A DNA stretch of 26,124 bases, taken from NCBI GenBank assembly GCA_964584485.1, contig CAZPAT010000001.1:1-26124 (forward strand), read 5' to 3'. The position numbers and the translations under genes were made by a program. The DNA is from an uncultured Bifidobacterium sp. (GTDB taxonomy: Bacteria > Actinomycetota > Thermoleophilia > Miltoncostaeales > Miltoncostaeaceae). Below, one piece after another: positions 16,288 through 23,612 of the stretch. The notes beneath the pieces are model-generated. The model was not told where the DNA came from, did not search any database, and was given only the letters and a program-made list of their open reading frames with translations. Each line of letters opens with the position of its first letter. Positions within the stretch are counted from its first letter, which is position 1.

Positions 16288-17460
16288 ATGCGGGTGCGGA
16301 TCGCGACGTACTCGGCCATGCCCCGGGGCGGCGCGGTGCATGCGCGCAGGCTCGCCGAGGAACTCGCCGCGCGCGGGCACCGGGTGGAGCTGTGGGCGCT
16401 CACCATCGGCGGGTCGGGCCTCGCCGTGGGGCCCGGCGTGGCGCTGCATCAGGTACCGCTGATGCCGGAGCCCGGTGAGGGAGTCGCGCAGCGGGTGGCC
16501 CGTGGGGCCTCGGCCCTCGCCGCGGCATTGCGGCACGCGGCCCCGGTGGACATCCACCATGCGCAGGACATGGTGTCCGCGCGTGCCCTGCTGGACCTCC
16601 GGGCCGAGGGCGTCATCCCGCACGTGGTCCGCACCGTCCATCACGTCGAGGTCTTCCAGGACGACGTCCTCGAGGAGTGTCAGCGCGCGTCCATCCAGGA
16701 CGTCGACCGCTGCCTGGCGGTGTCGGCCTTCTGGGCCGCGCGCCTGGCATCGGAGTTCGGCGTGCAGGCCGGGGTGGTGCCCAACGGCGTGGACTTCGCG
16801 CGCTTCGCCCACTGCCCACTGGACCGACGCCGGGCGGGGGAGCGCTTCGGCTGGGGCATGCGTCCCGTAATCCTCGCGCTTGGCGGCGTGCAACCCCGCA
16901 AGGGGGGCCGCGTGCTCCTCGAGGCCTTCGCCCGCGCCCGCGGACGCCTGCCGGACGACGCCCTGCTGGTCGTCGCCGGGGGCGACGGCCTGTATGCGGA
17001 ACCGGTCCACCTCGCGGCATGGAAGGACGACGCCGCACGCCTGGGCCTGCGCGTGCGCGTGCGCGAGGGGCCGTACCCGTCACCTGATGCGCATGTCGCG
17101 CGCATCGGGGTGGTGGCCGACGACGACATGCCCGCGCTGTACCGCGCGGCCGACGCCCTGGCCTTCCCCTCCACGCGCGAGGGGTTCGGCCTGGTGGTGG
17201 TGGAGGCCATGGCCGCCGGGCTGCCGGTGGTGGCCAGCGACATCCCCGTGCTCCGCGAGTTCCTGCGGGACGGGGACGACTGCCTCATGACCCCCGTGGG
17301 CGATTCCGGCCCCATGGCCGAGGCGCTCGTGGCCGTGATGCGCGAGCCCGATCTGCGGGCGCGGCTCACCGCGAACGCGCAGGCCACTGCCCGCGCCTTC
17401 CGGTGGGAGATCACCGCCGAGCGCGCGGAGGCCGAGTACGAGGGAATGCGGGCGTCGTGA
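16288..17460 (+). CDS. GT4 glycosyltransferase, MSMEG_0565-like
   Basis: TYS..PRGGAVH...LAE.L...GH.V, HAQD, RTVHHV, CQRASI, VVPNGVD..RF, EGFGLVVVEAMAAGLPVVASD (E-x7-E). Confidence 0.85.
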   Translation: MRVRIATYSAMPRGGAVHARRLAEELAARGHRVELWALTIGGSGLAVGPGVALHQVPLMPEPGEGVAQRVARGASALAAALRHAAPVDIHHAQDMVSARALLDLRAEGVIPHVVRTVHHVEVFQDDVLEECQRASIQDVDRCLAVSAFWAARLASEFGVQAGVVPNGVDFARFAHCPLDRRRAGERFGWGMRPVILALGGVQPRKGGRVLLEAFARARGRLPDDALLVVAGGDGLYAEPVHLAAWKDDAARLGLRVRVREGPYPSPDAHVARIGVVADDDMPALYRAADALAFPSTREGFGLVVVEAMAAGLPVVASDIPVLREFLRDGDDCLMTPVGDSGPMAEALVAVMREPDLRARLTANAQATARAFRWEITAERAEAEYEGMRAS

Positions 17461-18323
17461 GCCCTCCGGACCCGGCGGTGGAGGCGTCGGGCGCCGTGCA
17501 GGTGGTGGCAACCCGCCCGTGGCCCGGATCCGCGGTGGCCGTGTCTCCGGACGGCGCCTGGGCGGCCGTCGCCCTGCCGGGCCGCGTGATGGTCGCGCGG
17601 CTTCCCGACCTGGAGGGCGCACGGGAGATCGCCGTGGCCGACGTGCGCTCACTGGCCGCCGTCGGAACCGACCGCCTGGCCCTGGCCCCGCGCCGCGGCC
17701 TGCTGGTCATCACGGATCCGGCCGGGGCGCCGGCGGTGGGGCTGCGTGCCCGCGGTCCCGGGCGCCTCGTGCTGGCGGCCGGTCCAGGGGGGCGGCTGGC
17801 CGCGGTGGGGCCGCGCGCCGCGCTACCACGTGCCACCGTCATCGCGCGCTCGGACGCCGCTCGCCGCCGGGACTGGACAGCGGCGGTGGCGGGGGCGTCG
17901 TCGGCGGCATGGCTCGACGGCGACGACCTGGTGATCGGGGCCGGGGAGGACCTGGTGCTCGTGCGCCGGGGCGAGGAGCACGCGCGTGCCCGGTCGCCCA
18001 TCGGCGAGCCCATCATGGCGCTCGCGGCGATTCCGGGCGGTGTCGCCATTGCGGGCGCCGGTGGCCGTGCCGTGCTCCACTCGGTCATCCCCGGGCGCGC
18101 GCGGCCGTCGGTGGGCATTCCCCCGGGCGCCGGGCGGGGGCTGGCCGCGTCGGAGGGCATCCTGGTTTCGTCCACCCGGTCGCTCGGGGAGCGCGTGACG
18201 GCCCACGGGCTCCTGGATGGCCGTGAGGTGGGCGGGCTGCGCGGGGTGTCGGCGGGTGCGCCCGCGCCGCCGTACCTGGTGGCCACGGGCCGCGAGGGCA
18301 CCGTGGTGGCGGTGATGGGCTGA
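17457..18323 (+). CDS. Beta-propeller-like (WD40/YVTN-type) protein
   Basis: Repeated blade-like motifs AVAVSPDGAWAAVA, RSLAAVG, LAAGPGGRLAAVG, AAWLDGDDLVIG, IMALAAIPGGVAIAG; GTGA overlap with the GT stop. Confidence 0.6.
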   Translation: MSPPDPAVEASGAVQVVATRPWPGSAVAVSPDGAWAAVALPGRVMVARLPDLEGAREIAVADVRSLAAVGTDRLALAPRRGLLVITDPAGAPAVGLRARGPGRLVLAAGPGGRLAAVGPRAALPRATVIARSDAARRRDWTAAVAGASSAAWLDGDDLVIGAGEDLVLVRRGEEHARARSPIGEPIMALAAIPGGVAIAGAGGRAVLHSVIPGRARPSVGIPPGAGRGLAASEGILVSSTRSLGERVTAHGLLDGREVGGLRGVSAGAPAPPYLVATGREGTVVAVMG

Positions 18324-18480
18324 GGGGAACCCCCAAGCGCACGTGACGTTCTCGCGCCCGGCCACCGACGACGGTCAGGCCCCCATCAACGGGCGCGTCC
18401 CCGTGGGCGGGAACGTGGGCGTGGTCAACGAGAGCAACCAGGTGGTGCAGGCCTCGGCCTACGTGGTCTGCCTGCGCGCC
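18322..18480 (+). pseudogene. Orphan 3' gene remnant (beta-rich C-terminal domain ending ...QASAYVVC)
   Basis: GC3-biased frame EGNPQAHVTFSRPATDDGQAPINGRVPVGGNVGVVNESNQVVQASAYVVCL between convergent genes; no SD and no own stop. Confidence 0.4.
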
Positions 18481-19661
18481 TTATCGGGGGGCGGCGCGGC
18501 CCCGGCATCGCGGCCGGGGTCGCGCGCGTCGTCGCCCAGGGCGCGCGTGACCTGCGCGAGCCCGGCGACCTCCACGGGGTCCTCGGCCAGTGCGGGCACG
18601 ATGGCCAGTGGTGGTCCCGAGAGCGCATGTGAGAGCGCGCCCACCTCGTGCGCATCTGCGGCGGCGCGCGCCTGCGCGGCCTCCAGCGCCGCCGCGGCGC
18701 GCGATGCCAGGCCCTCCGGATCGGGCGCGCCCGCGTGACGCAGCAGCCCGGCCAGCCCGTCCGGCGTGCCCGTGGCGCCGGGCGCCGGGTGCACGCGGTT
18801 CACCACGACCGCGCCCAGCGGATAGTGCTCGTCCGCCAGCCGCCGCCAGAGCGCCACGGCCTCGGAGGCCGGCTCGGGGCGCGGTCCGGTGACCACCACG
18901 AACCGCGTGGAGTCGGATGCCAGCAGGTCGTGCACGGCCGCTGCGCGGTTGCTGAACCCCTGGTACATGCCGTCGAATGACTGCAGGAACTCCGAGATGT
19001 CGGTCAGCAGTTGCGCGCCCGTGAGCCGCTCCACCACCGACATCACCATATGCCCGCCGGCCTGCAGCGCCCGCCAGCCGGTGCGCCCGGCTCCTGTCCG
19101 CGGCCCCAGCAGCAGGCGCAGGCCCCGGCCCTCCACGAACCGCGTCATCCGCTCGGGGGCGTCCAGGAAGTCCAGCGCGTTGCGGGCGGGCGGGGTGTCC
19201 AGCACGACCACGTCATAGGCGCCTGAGTCCACGAGCTCGTGCAGCCGCTCGACCGCCATGAACTCCTGGGCGCCCGCTGCGCCGGACAGGTGCCGGTAGA
19301 CGCGGTTGCGCAGAATGCGGTCACGCGCGGCGTCATCGGGCGCCTCCCGCGCGATGAGCCGGTCGAAGGTGGCCCGTGGGTCCAGCTGCAGTGCATCGAG
19401 CGTGCCCGCCATGCGCATGCCCGCCGCCTCCACGACCGCCGGGTCCACGCGATGGGGCTCATCCCCCAGCCCGGGTATGCCGAGGGCCGTGGCCAGCCTG
19501 CGGGCGGGGTCGATGGTGACCACCGCCACGCGGGCACCCGCCGCGGCCAGGCCCAGTCCGAGCGCCGCGGACACGGTGGTCTTGCCCACCCCGCCGGCGC
19601 CGGCCACCACCACCACCCGGCGCCCGCGCAGCATCGCCATCAGGTCGACCTCAGGAGGCAC
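18459..19661 (-). CDS. ArsA/Get3-like ATPase (Rv3680-type subunit)
   Basis: GAGGVGKTT, VTIDPARRLATALG, QEFMAVERL, DVVVLDTPPARNALDFLDAP, VVVNRVHP. Confidence 0.92.
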   Translation of the reverse strand: MPPEVDLMAMLRGRRVVVVAGAGGVGKTTVSAALGLGLAAAGARVAVVTIDPARRLATALGIPGLGDEPHRVDPAVVEAAGMRMAGTLDALQLDPRATFDRLIAREAPDDAARDRILRNRVYRHLSGAAGAQEFMAVERLHELVDSGAYDVVVLDTPPARNALDFLDAPERMTRFVEGRGLRLLLGPRTGAGRTGWRALQAGGHMVMSVVERLTGAQLLTDISEFLQSFDGMYQGFSNRAAAVHDLLASDSTRFVVVTGPRPEPASEAVALWRRLADEHYPLGAVVVNRVHPAPGATGTPDGLAGLLRHAGAPDPEGLASRAAAALEAAQARAAADAHEVGALSHALSGPPLAIVPALAEDPVEVAGLAQVTRALGDDARDPGRDAGAAPPPDKARRQTT

Positions 19662-20607
19662 CTGTGCCCCCCAGTGCAGGGTCGGCCATCAGCGTGGCGG
19701 AGAGATGCTCGACGCCCCCGGACCCCGGGGCGAGATCCGGTACCGCGGGCAGCATCGCGACCGGCAGCGCACAGCCGTCGCCGAGCGCCCGCACCTCGCG
19801 CGCATCATGCGCGGCGCCGTCCACTGTCGCGAGCGCCGCCCCGGCTGCGGCGCGCTCGGCGGGGCCGGCCGCGGGATCACCGAGCACCGTCCGTAGGACA
19901 TCGGCGTCGCCGGGCCCGAAGGGCGACGTGCGCACGGCGTTTGCGACGGCGCACGCGACGGGCACGCCGCGCTCGCGCATGAGGGCCACCGCCTCGGCGG
20001 CTTCGGTGACCGCGAGCTCCTCGGGAATGGCCACCACCACCACGCCGGTGGCTTCCGGGTGCCGCACCACCCTCTCGATGGCATCGGCCTGATCGCTGAT
20101 GGGTCCCGACCCGGCGAGGTCGCGCATGCTCGCTGCCGCCTGCAGCAGGGCCAGCCCGTGACCGGTGGCCGGCGCGTCCACCACGAGCCGGTCCCACACC
20201 GGGCGCCCATCCCGAACCGCGGTGGCGAGGTCCCAGATCTTGCCGAGGGTCACCAGTTCGGCGAGACCCGGGGCGGCCTGGGTCACCTGATGGAAGGCGC
20301 GGCTGCGGGACATCATCTCGACGACCGGCCTCACCTTCAACTGGATGCTGAGGTACTCCTGCATGGCCTGCTCGGCGTCCACCGACAGCGCGAAGAGCCC
20401 GGGACGCAGTTCGACCGGCGCATCCACCGGTGGCGCTGTGCCGAACACCGCCGCAGTGCGCGTCTCCGCCGCCACCTCGATCAGGAGGGTGCGGTGCCCC
20501 CGGTCCGCCAGGCCCAGGGCGAGCGCCGCGGCGACGGCGGTCTTGCCCACCCCGCCCTTGCCGAGCACGAACACCAGACGGCGGTCGGTGAGGGGCGGCG
20601 AGGGCAT
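19651..20607 (-). CDS. ArsA/Get3-like ATPase (Rv3679-type subunit)
   Basis: GKGGVGKT, APGLAELVTLGKI, LVVDAPATGHG, PEELAVTEA; start set at ATG 20607 (TAGGGT-N7-ATG). Confidence 0.92.
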   Translation of the reverse strand: MPSPPLTDRRLVFVLGKGGVGKTAVAAALALGLADRGHRTLLIEVAAETRTAAVFGTAPPVDAPVELRPGLFALSVDAEQAMQEYLSIQLKVRPVVEMMSRSRAFHQVTQAAPGLAELVTLGKIWDLATAVRDGRPVWDRLVVDAPATGHGLALLQAAASMRDLAGSGPISDQADAIERVVRHPEATGVVVVAIPEELAVTEAAEAVALMRERGVPVACAVANAVRTSPFGPGDADVLRTVLGDPAAGPAERAAAGAALATVDGAAHDAREVRALGDGCALPVAMLPAVPDLAPGSGGVEHLSATLMADPALGGTGAS

Positions 20608-20617
20608 CCCCATCACC

Positions 20618-21463
20618 CTAGCCCCGGAGCGCCTCCGGGCCGATGGTCCCCGTCATCACCGGGACGACCGCCCCTCCCACGTGGACCGCCGCGGGGCCAT
20701 GGGCACCGGCGTCCACTGCGACGTCGATGAGCCCGTCGCGCCCCACGTGACGACCCTGGCGGATGGTGAGCCGCAGCCCGTCCCCCGCTGGTCCGCCACG
20801 CGCGAGCAGGGCCGCGCCGAGGGCCCCGGCCGCGCTGCCGGTGACCGGGTCCTCGCGGATCCCGATGGGACCCGCGAAGTGCCGGACCTCGGCGCGGGCC
20901 GTTCCATCCCCGTCGTCATCCAGCACGAACGCGCTCACCCCGGCCCAGCCCATGGACGTGCCCCGCGCCGTGATGGCGGCGTAGTCGGGGGCCAGGTCAT
21001 CGAGGGAGGCGACCTGCGCCATGACCTGTGGGAGCCCGGCATCCCAGATGGGGCAGGCGCCGATCACCCGGCCCCCGATGCACGCGGCCATCACTGACGG
21101 ATCCTCATGCCCCCGCGCCCGCGGTGCGGCGCGTGTCATCGTCGCGCCCTGCGCATCGGTCCGCACCGGGATCTCGCCGCCCGGCGCCTGCAGCAACCCC
21201 TCCGCGCCGATCCATCCGAGGCGCGCGAGCACCCATGCGGCGCCCACGAGCGGGTGCCCGGCAAGGGGGATCTCGGCGACAGGGGTGAAGATGCGCAGGC
21301 GCGGCGTGTCCCCGCGCACGGCGAAGACGGTCTCGGACAGGCCGATCTCGCCTGCCACGGCCTGCATGCGGTGGGTCGGCGGCAGGTCGTCCCCGGTGAC
21401 GACGGCGAGGGGGTTGCCCGAGAGGGGCCCGGTGGCGAAGACGTCGACCCAGTGGATATCCAT
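20618..21463 (-). CDS. PhzF-family (diaminopimelate epimerase-fold) isomerase
   Basis: VDVFA...LSGNPLAVV, GLSETVF, LRIFTP..EIPLAGHP, EDPVTGSAAGALG, QG. Confidence 0.93.
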   Translation of the reverse strand: MDIHWVDVFATGPLSGNPLAVVTGDDLPPTHRMQAVAGEIGLSETVFAVRGDTPRLRIFTPVAEIPLAGHPLVGAAWVLARLGWIGAEGLLQAPGGEIPVRTDAQGATMTRAAPRARGHEDPSVMAACIGGRVIGACPIWDAGLPQVMAQVASLDDLAPDYAAITARGTSMGWAGVSAFVLDDDGDGTARAEVRHFAGPIGIREDPVTGSAAGALGAALLARGGPAGDGLRLTIRQGRHVGRDGLIDVAVDAGAHGPAAVHVGGAVVPVMTGTIGPEALRG

Positions 21464-21482
21464 GGCGGTAGTGTCCCAGTCC

Positions 21483-21842
21483 ATGGGCTGGACGGGGTGG
21501 ACCATCACGGGCGCGGCGATCGCCCTCGCCGTGCTCGCGGGCGCGGGCATCGCATACGCCGTCGTGCGCGCCATCCTCCTGAAGCGCAGGGTGGGGGCCA
21601 GCACCCGGCGCATCTCCCCCGTGCTCGCCGGCATCGAGGGCAGCGCCGCGCGGATCGAGCAGGGCCTCGCGCGAGGGGAGCAGGGTGCGTCGGAGCTTGC
21701 CCAGGAGGTCGAGCGCCTGCGCGTGGCGGTGGCCGAGCTGCAGGCGATCAGCCGTCATGCGGCCCTCGCGATCGCTCAGATCCGCGGCCCGCTGCGGTGG
21801 GTTGCAGGGATCCGCGCGCTCGTCCGCTACCGCCGTCGGTAG
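21483..21842 (+). CDS. Small membrane-anchored coiled-coil protein (119 aa)
   Basis: N-terminal TM helix then heptad-like IEGSAARIEQGLARGEQGASELAQEVERLRVAVAELQ; stop 2 nt before ppx. Confidence 0.7.
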   Translation: MGWTGWTITGAAIALAVLAGAGIAYAVVRAILLKRRVGASTRRISPVLAGIEGSAARIEQGLARGEQGASELAQEVERLRVAVAELQAISRHAALAIAQIRGPLRWVAGIRALVRYRRR

Positions 21843-21844
21843 GG

Positions 21845-22744
21845 GTGCGCGCCGCCGTCATCGATGTCGGCTCGAACTCGGTGCGCCTGCTGCTCATGGA
21901 GCGCATGGATTCGGGGGGCGCCGTGGGGGAGAGGATCGTGACCGTCACCGGACTGCGCCGGGGCGCAGGCGCGGGCGGACGGATCACGGATGATGCGCTG
22001 TCGCGGCTGGACGCCTGCCTGGCCGACTACGCCATGCGGATCGCGGCGGCCGGGAGCCCTCCGGTGGTCGCCGTCGGCACGGCGGCGGTGCGCGAGGCCC
22101 CGAACCGCACGTCCGTCCAGGCCATCGCCCGCCGCAGGCTCGGTGCGGACCTCGAGGTGATCGACGGCCGGCGCGAGGCCGCCCTGTCGTTCGCGGGGGC
22201 GCGGCTCGTGCTGCCGCCGTCGGGTGGTCCGTGCCGGATGATCGACATCGGCGGGGGAAGCACCGAGGTGGTGGCCGGTGATGCCGATGGACCGCGGGCG
22301 TCGGTGAGCCTGGCCCTCGGGGTGAATCGCCAGGGCGATGGCATCACGGGCGACCCCCCGGACCCCCGCGAGGTGCAGGCGATCGCCGATGAAGCCCGCG
22401 CCATGGTGGGCGAGGCCACGCGGGGGTTCGGCTCGGCCGGGCCGCTGGTCGGCGTGGCCGGCACGGTCACCACCGTGGCCGCCGTGATGCGGGGGGGCTA
22501 TGACCCGGCGGCCATCCACGGGATGCGCGTGGGCCGCGACGACGTGGGCGCCGTGCTCGCGCGACTCGCGGGCTGCGGGCATGCGGAGCGTGCACGGACG
22601 CCGGGCCTGCACCCGGACCGCGTCAATGTGATCGTCCCCGGGCTCGCGATCCTGGCCGGGGCGATGGACGCCCTGGGCGACCGGGAACTCATCGTCTCGG
22701 AGCGCGACATCCTGGACGGGATCGCGCTCTCGCTGGGCGGATGA
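21845..22744 (+). CDS. ppx: Ppx/GppA phosphatase family protein (single domain, no HD extension)
   Basis: AAVIDVGSNSVRL, GTAAVREA.N, IDG..EA..SF.G, IDIGGGSTE, GVAGTVTT, RVNVIVPG, SERDILDG. Confidence 0.92.
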   Translation: MRAAVIDVGSNSVRLLLMERMDSGGAVGERIVTVTGLRRGAGAGGRITDDALSRLDACLADYAMRIAAAGSPPVVAVGTAAVREAPNRTSVQAIARRRLGADLEVIDGRREAALSFAGARLVLPPSGGPCRMIDIGGGSTEVVAGDADGPRASVSLALGVNRQGDGITGDPPDPREVQAIADEARAMVGEATRGFGSAGPLVGVAGTVTTVAAVMRGGYDPAAIHGMRVGRDDVGAVLARLAGCGHAERARTPGLHPDRVNVIVPGLAILAGAMDALGDRELIVSERDILDGIALSLGG

Positions 22745-22778
22745 CCCGGTTGCGGGGGGATGGATAGGATTCCCATCC

Positions 22779-23039
22779 ATGGGCACCGGGGGCACGCACG
22801 CGGGCGACGAGGACGCCGTGAATGCAGTGGACGGACTGGCCGAGGCGCTGGCCCGTACCGAGGACCCCGCGGATGACCGGCGCATGATCTTCTCGAAGGG
22901 CGAGAACACCCGCCACATCCGGCACGAGCAGGTTCTCGACAGGTGGCCGATCCTCGCCGAGGACTGGTGCCGCCGGGTGGAGGACTCCCGACGTGCCGCG
23001 GTCGATCGGACCCCCGGCGCGGCGACGTTCGGCCGGTGA
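22779..23039 (+). CDS. Small hypothetical protein (86 aa)
   Basis: GC3-biased ORF filling the ppx-tRNA gap; TAGGAT-N8-ATG; no family recognised. Confidence 0.6.
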   Translation: MGTGGTHAGDEDAVNAVDGLAEALARTEDPADDRRMIFSKGENTRHIRHEQVLDRWPILAEDWCRRVEDSRRAAVDRTPGAATFGR

Positions 23040-23060
23040 TGGTGCCCGGCGTGAGCTCCG

Positions 23061-23144
23061 GCCGGAGTGGCGGAACTGGTAGACGCGGGGGACTTAAAAT
23101 CCCCGGCCCCTCGGGGCGTGCGGGTTCGACTCCCGCCTCCGGCT
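23061..23144 (+). tRNA. tRNA-Leu (anticodon TAA), type II, U73 discriminator
   Basis: Acceptor GCCGGAG/CTCCGGC, D-arm GCG..CGC with GG, anticodon stem GGGGA/TCCCC around CTTAAAA, long variable arm GCCC-CTCG-GGGC, T-arm GCGGG-TTCGACT-CCCGC. Confidence 0.95.
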
Positions 23145-23156
23145 CCTCGGTCGCGC

Positions 23157-23186
23157 GGCAGGCGGACCCCCGGGGGCCCGCCTGCC
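23157..23186. terminator. Bidirectional hairpin terminator between convergent tRNA-Leu and HU
   Basis: GGCAGGCGG-A-CCCCCGGGGG-C-CCGCCTGCC: 30-nt near-perfect palindrome with one mismatched pair. Confidence 0.7.
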
Positions 23187-23201
23187 GGCGGCAGGTCGGT
23201 A

Positions 23202-23480
23202 CTACCCGGCGACGGAGCGCTTCAGCTGCGCGCCCGCCTGGAACCGCGGCACCTTGCGGGCCGGGATCTGGATCTTCTGGCCGGGGTTGCGGGGGTCAAC
23301 GCCCTCGCGAGCGGCACGGTGCGACACCGAGAACTTGCCGAAGCCGGAGAACTGCACCTCGTCTCCGGCCTTCAGGGCAAGTTCGAGCTCATCCAGGACC
23401 GCCTGCACAGCCCGGGTCGCCTGGTCGTTGGTGAGGTCGGCTGCACGCGCGACGCGCTTGACGAAGTCGGCCTTGGTCAT
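23202..23480 (-). CDS. hup: DNA-binding protein HU
   Basis: MTKADFV..VA...L, GDEVQFSGFGKF, RAAREG.DPRNPG..IQIPARKVPRF.AG..LK. Confidence 0.95.
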   Translation of the reverse strand: MTKADFVKRVARAADLTNDQATRAVQAVLDELELALKAGDEVQFSGFGKFSVSHRAAREGVDPRNPGQKIQIPARKVPRFQAGAQLKRSVAG

Positions 23481-23612
23481 GGGTCTCCTCGCTTCGATGA
23501 CCTCCGGACGGAGGCTGCAGCGTTCGCTGCGAAGTGCCGGTGACGCTACCAGCGCACCCGGACGCGGCAGCGGTTTCGGGTCCGCAAAACCGCTTTGCGT
23601 AGGGGTTTTCGC

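Noticed and set aside
18481-18483. TTA codon in ORF 18343-18738 as a bldA-type regulated gene
   Set aside because: It falls where the frame is already antisense to ArsA, past the coding-like remnant; not a credible gene
18459-20607. Arsenic resistance locus (ArsA pair plus ArsR at 14140)
   Set aside because: No arsB/acr3/arsC/arsD; the ATPases are Rv3679/80-type and the ArsR lies in a separate operon
20618-21463. Phenazine biosynthesis
   Set aside because: Stand-alone PhzF-fold homologue; no phzA/B/D/E/G in the window
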